A stretch of DNA of 17,910 nucleotides, from NCBI GenBank assembly GCA_014728035.1, contig WJMJ01000154.1, forward strand, positions 1-17,910, read 5' to 3'. The translations under genes were made by a program, and so were the position numbers. Below are positions 15,232-17,910 of the stretch, piece after piece. Position 1 is the stretch's first letter. Every line of letters begins with the position of its first letter. The notes beneath the pieces were generated by a model, which ran no database searches, was not told the origin of the DNA, and saw only the letters and a list, made by a program, of their open reading frames with translations. Origin of the DNA: Promethearchaeota archaeon (GTDB lineage: Archaea; Asgardarchaeota; Thorarchaeia; Thorarchaeales; Thorarchaeaceae).

Positions 15232-15780
15232 TTGTCTATTTTAATTTGTACTTTGGATTATAGGCACAAATATTTATCAACTCTTATTGGTAAACTCACT
15301 CCACAAATTAATGATAAACCAGTTGAATTGTTATATTTGGGTGACAACAAGACTCGTACTATAGGACGTAAGCGAGGTGACTTGCTCAAATTGGCACAGG
15401 GCGATTATGTGGTGTTTATAGACGATGACGATGACGTCAGCCATGAATATGTAGATTCAATATTGCAAGCCATAGAATCAGACCCAGATTGTGTGGTGTT
15501 TGATTTAGAGATACATCATGGTGTTAACACCAAGTTGGTGAAATATGGCATTAACACAGAGATCAAAGACTTATCTACGCATTATGAACGTAAAGTGAAT
15601 CATTTAATGCCGGTCAAAAGATCGATCGCCTTAAAAGTGGGATATGGAAATGAAAAACGTGGCGAGGATAGGCATTATGCCGTGAAGCTAGAAAAACACC
15701 TTAAAACAGAATCAAGGATAGATAAAGTTCTATATATTTATCAATACAACCCCAGGCTAAGCGAGACAAATAAGGAGTAA
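15232..15780 (+). CDS. Glycosyltransferase family 2
   Basis: SILICTL, IGRKRGDLLKLAQGDYVVFIDDDDDVS, GED. Start codon uncertain (TTG). Confidence 0.9.
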   Translation: MSILICTLDYRHKYLSTLIGKLTPQINDKPVELLYLGDNKTRTIGRKRGDLLKLAQGDYVVFIDDDDDVSHEYVDSILQAIESDPDCVVFDLEIHHGVNTKLVKYGINTEIKDLSTHYERKVNHLMPVKRSIALKVGYGNEKRGEDRHYAVKLEKHLKTESRIDKVLYIYQYNPRLSETNKE

Positions 15781-15782
15781 TT

Positions 15783-16205
15783 ATGCAACCCATTGGTTTT
15801 GAAGATTACCAGAATATGGCTAAGACTACTGCCATTTATCCAAGCATCAAGGATTTGATCATTAAACAATTGGAGAAAGAGGGACACCATGAAATAGCCT
15901 CTATTGTGAGCGAGTTACCACCACATGATAATGACAATAATGTATATTATGCTGCATTAGGATTGTCAGGAGAAGTTGGCGAATTTTGTAATAAACTAAA
16001 GAAAGTCATGCGTGATAATGATGGGATTGTTAGTGATGAATTCCGTGGTTTTGCTGCAGATGAAATAGGTGATATTCTATGGTATGTTGCTGCCATTTGC
16101 AGCGAATTAGATATTGATATGATGACTTGTGCCGCTCACAATTTGAATAAATTGAAATCTAGACAGATGAGAGGCAAATTGGTGGGTAGCGGTGACAATA
16201 GATAA
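15783..16205 (+). CDS. mazG: MazG-like nucleotide pyrophosphohydrolase
   Basis: YAALGLSGEVGEFCNKLKKVMRD...EIGDILWYVAA...NLNKLKSRQMRGKLVGSGDNR. Confidence 0.92.
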   Translation: MQPIGFEDYQNMAKTTAIYPSIKDLIIKQLEKEGHHEIASIVSELPPHDNDNNVYYAALGLSGEVGEFCNKLKKVMRDNDGIVSDEFRGFAADEIGDILWYVAAICSELDIDMMTCAAHNLNKLKSRQMRGKLVGSGDNR

Positions 16206-16688
16206 TTAGTGTTTGCCATGCATTCTTGCCACGCAATTGCGATAATCCGCAATATTGTTGGCCAGATGCTGTAAAGAATGAACTATAGACACACCATTTT
16301 CTCTTGCAAGTGATGACTGCACAATTACGTCTATGGTGCGACAATATCCAGGCTCAATGCCAATAAATATGCATTTGTTTGAATTCAAATGAAATCCCAA
16401 CTCATATAGAACGATTGGGCATATGGATTCTTTGGGGAACCAGAAGGATATTGCATCTGCTCTTTGCAGATGTTGATATTCCCATTTAATCTGTTCATGC
16501 GCTCCATTCGGTTTAGACATATCAAAATCTGATCTTCTTGGATTATATACCACCAAACCATCTATATCCAGCATTTTCACCAATTCGGATTGCCAATCTG
16601 GGCATCCACTAATCCCACCGGCCAGAAATACCGAGGTTTCACTTACACCACAATTGGAACCCCATTGTGGAGCCTCTACGTATCTCAT
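16206..16688 (-). CDS. Nucleoside 2-deoxyribosyltransferase-like protein
   Basis: VFLAGGISGCPDWQ, YNPRR, QIKWEYQHLQRAD, FWFPKESICPIVLYELG. Confidence 0.88.
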   Translation of the reverse strand: MRYVEAPQWGSNCGVSETSVFLAGGISGCPDWQSELVKMLDIDGLVVYNPRRSDFDMSKPNGAHEQIKWEYQHLQRADAISFWFPKESICPIVLYELGFHLNSNKCIFIGIEPGYCRTIDVIVQSSLARENGVSIVHSLQHLANNIADYRNCVARMHGKH

Positions 16689-16710
16689 ATTGTCTCCTCA
16701 AACATATATT

Positions 16711-16920
16711 ATGAAATTGTTTGAAATACACGAATCCAAACGAGATTCGAATGTGTCGTCTATTGCTGGTACTGAATATGTTGGCTTATCTCTGCGTGAT
16801 GCTATAAGAACTGCACGCAGATTTGGGCACACTTTATTGTGGCATAATGGCAAGAAAGTATTCTTAAATCGAGCAGAAAATAAATGGCAAACTGAAGATG
16901 GTGTAATACTGCCATTCTAA
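16711..16920 (+). CDS. Hypothetical protein (69 aa, MKLFEIHES...)
   Basis: ATG 16711 avoids overlap with the divergent 16688 gene. Confidence 0.6.
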   Translation: MKLFEIHESKRDSNVSSIAGTEYVGLSLRDAIRTARRFGHTLLWHNGKKVFLNRAENKWQTEDGVILPF

Positions 16921-16939
16921 TTATTAGCAAAGCTACTGC

Positions 16940-17910
16940 ATGGATAAATTCACAACCCGTGTTCCTTATAATGGATTTGATTGGTTTCGCCCAGAATCAT
17001 TATATGACAAGCTTTTAGTTCATCATAATATATATCCAGTAATAGAAGAAGGTGTTGGTGGTTTTTATTTGCGTCTATCTGCACTACCTTATGTAGCTCT
17101 AAATGTAATTATAGAATCGGATAGTGTATCCCTATCACCCACAACGCTTGTTTTTGATCACGATGATTGGGATATCAATCAATGGGTTGATGCGACTGGG
17201 TTTGGTGAAATAACCATTAGCGATGAATATAATATTCTCGTAGAAACTGTATTTGTTTTTGGGACATCAAGTTCATCATCATCAAGCCAATCAAGTAGTT
17301 CAAGTAGTCTAAGTAGTTCATCATCGTCATCGTCATCGTCATCGAGTCAGTCTAGTTCAAGTAGTTCATCATCATCAAGTAGCCAATCAAGTAGTAGTTC
17401 CAGTAGTCTAAGTAGTTCATCATCATCAAGTAGTCAATCAAGTAGTAGTTCAAGTAGTAGTTCAAGTAGTTTAAGCTCATCGTCATCGAGTCAATCAAGT
17501 AGTAGTTCAAGTAGCTTAAGCTCATCGTCATCGAGCCAATCAAGTAGCTTAAGCTCATCGTCGTCGAGCAAATCATCTAGTAGCTCTAGCTCGTCCTATT
17601 CATCATCGTCATCCAGATCTTCTAGCTCCAGTTACTCATCTAGTAGTTCTAGCTCTTCTAGCTCCAGTTATTCATCTAGTAGTTCTAGCTCGTCCTACTC
17701 GTCATCGTCATCTAGCTCTTCATCCTCCTCTTACTCATCGAGTAGTTCTAGCTCGTCTTACTCAAGCTCCTCATCTAGCTCGTCTAGTTCCAGTTACTCA
17801 TCGAGTAGTTCTAGCTCATCCTACTCAAGCTCCTCGTCTAGCTCGTCTAGCTCCAGTTACTCATCGAGTAGTTCTAGCTCGTCATACTCAAGCTCATCAT
17901 CTAGATCGTC
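16940..17910 (+). CDS. Poly-serine surface/virion-type protein, 3'-truncated (absent from the ORF track)
   Basis: ATG 16940, open to the window end: MDKFTTRVPYNGFDW...FYLRLSALPYVALNVIIESDSVSLSPTTLVFDHDDWDINQWVDATG..., followed by more than 200 codons that are almost all Ser. Confidence 0.85.
   Translation, partial: MDKFTTRVPYNGFDWFRPESLYDKLLVHHNIYPVIEEGVGGFYLRLSALPYVALNVIIESDSVSLSPTTLVFDHDDWDINQWVDATGFGEITISDEYNILVETVFVFGTSSSSSSSQSSSSSSLSSSSSSSSSSSSQSSSSSSSSSSSQSSSSSSSLSSSSSSSSQSSSSSSSSSSSLSSSSSSQSSSSSSSLSSSSSSQSSSLSSSSSSKSSSSSSSSYSSSSSRSSSSSYSSSSSSSSSSSYSSSSSSSSYSSSSSSSSSSSYSSSSSSSSYSSSSSSSSSSSYSSSSSSSSYSSSSSSSSSSSYSSSSSSSSYSSSSSRS
17267..17910 (+). repeat. Low-complexity poly-Ser coding tract
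   Basis: Mixed TCN/AGY codons in one frame, punctuated by Gln/Leu up to about 17570 and by Tyr afterwards. Confidence 0.95.

Noticed and set aside
17352-17576. Minus-strand 74-aa ORF
   Set aside because: Antisense of the poly-Ser tract.
1-17910. Alternative genetic code (stop-codon reassignment)
   Set aside because: Recognisable genes are full length in the standard code, and TAA, TAG and TGA all appear as plausible stops.

Overview
Fragment of a large T4-like (gp23-type capsid) dsDNA phage genome. Left: tail of a 26-aa tandem-repeat protein, a coiled-coil prohead scaffold (gp22-like), major capsid protein gp23 and a strong terminator, then an HTH/PD-(D/E)xK nuclease-DNA methyltransferase fusion and a small (p)ppGpp-type HD hydrolase. 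Centre (about 6860-10030), the most unusual part: a compact putative RNA-guided locus with no cas1/cas2 in the window. It has two CRISPR mini-arrays with different 29-nt repeats that share a 3' end (TGGGAGGATGG). Each array is preceded by a near-identical 64-nt three-hairpin scaffold whose first loop is complementary to that shared repeat end. The arrays flank a nuclease-dead, C-terminally truncated Cas12f/TnpB-like gene, a non-coding tract with 5-nt (RYR-NN) periodicity in 41-nt blocks, a stand-alone Cas7/RAMP-fold gene and a small Cys-rich gene. Right: accessory genes (nucleotidyltransferase, kinase-like, HAD, a 40-aa basic protein missed by the ORF track, zf-ISL3 fragment, GT2, MazG, deoxyribosyltransferase-like) and the start of a poly-serine surface-type protein. 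All protein calls come from motif recognition by eye; no database search was run.
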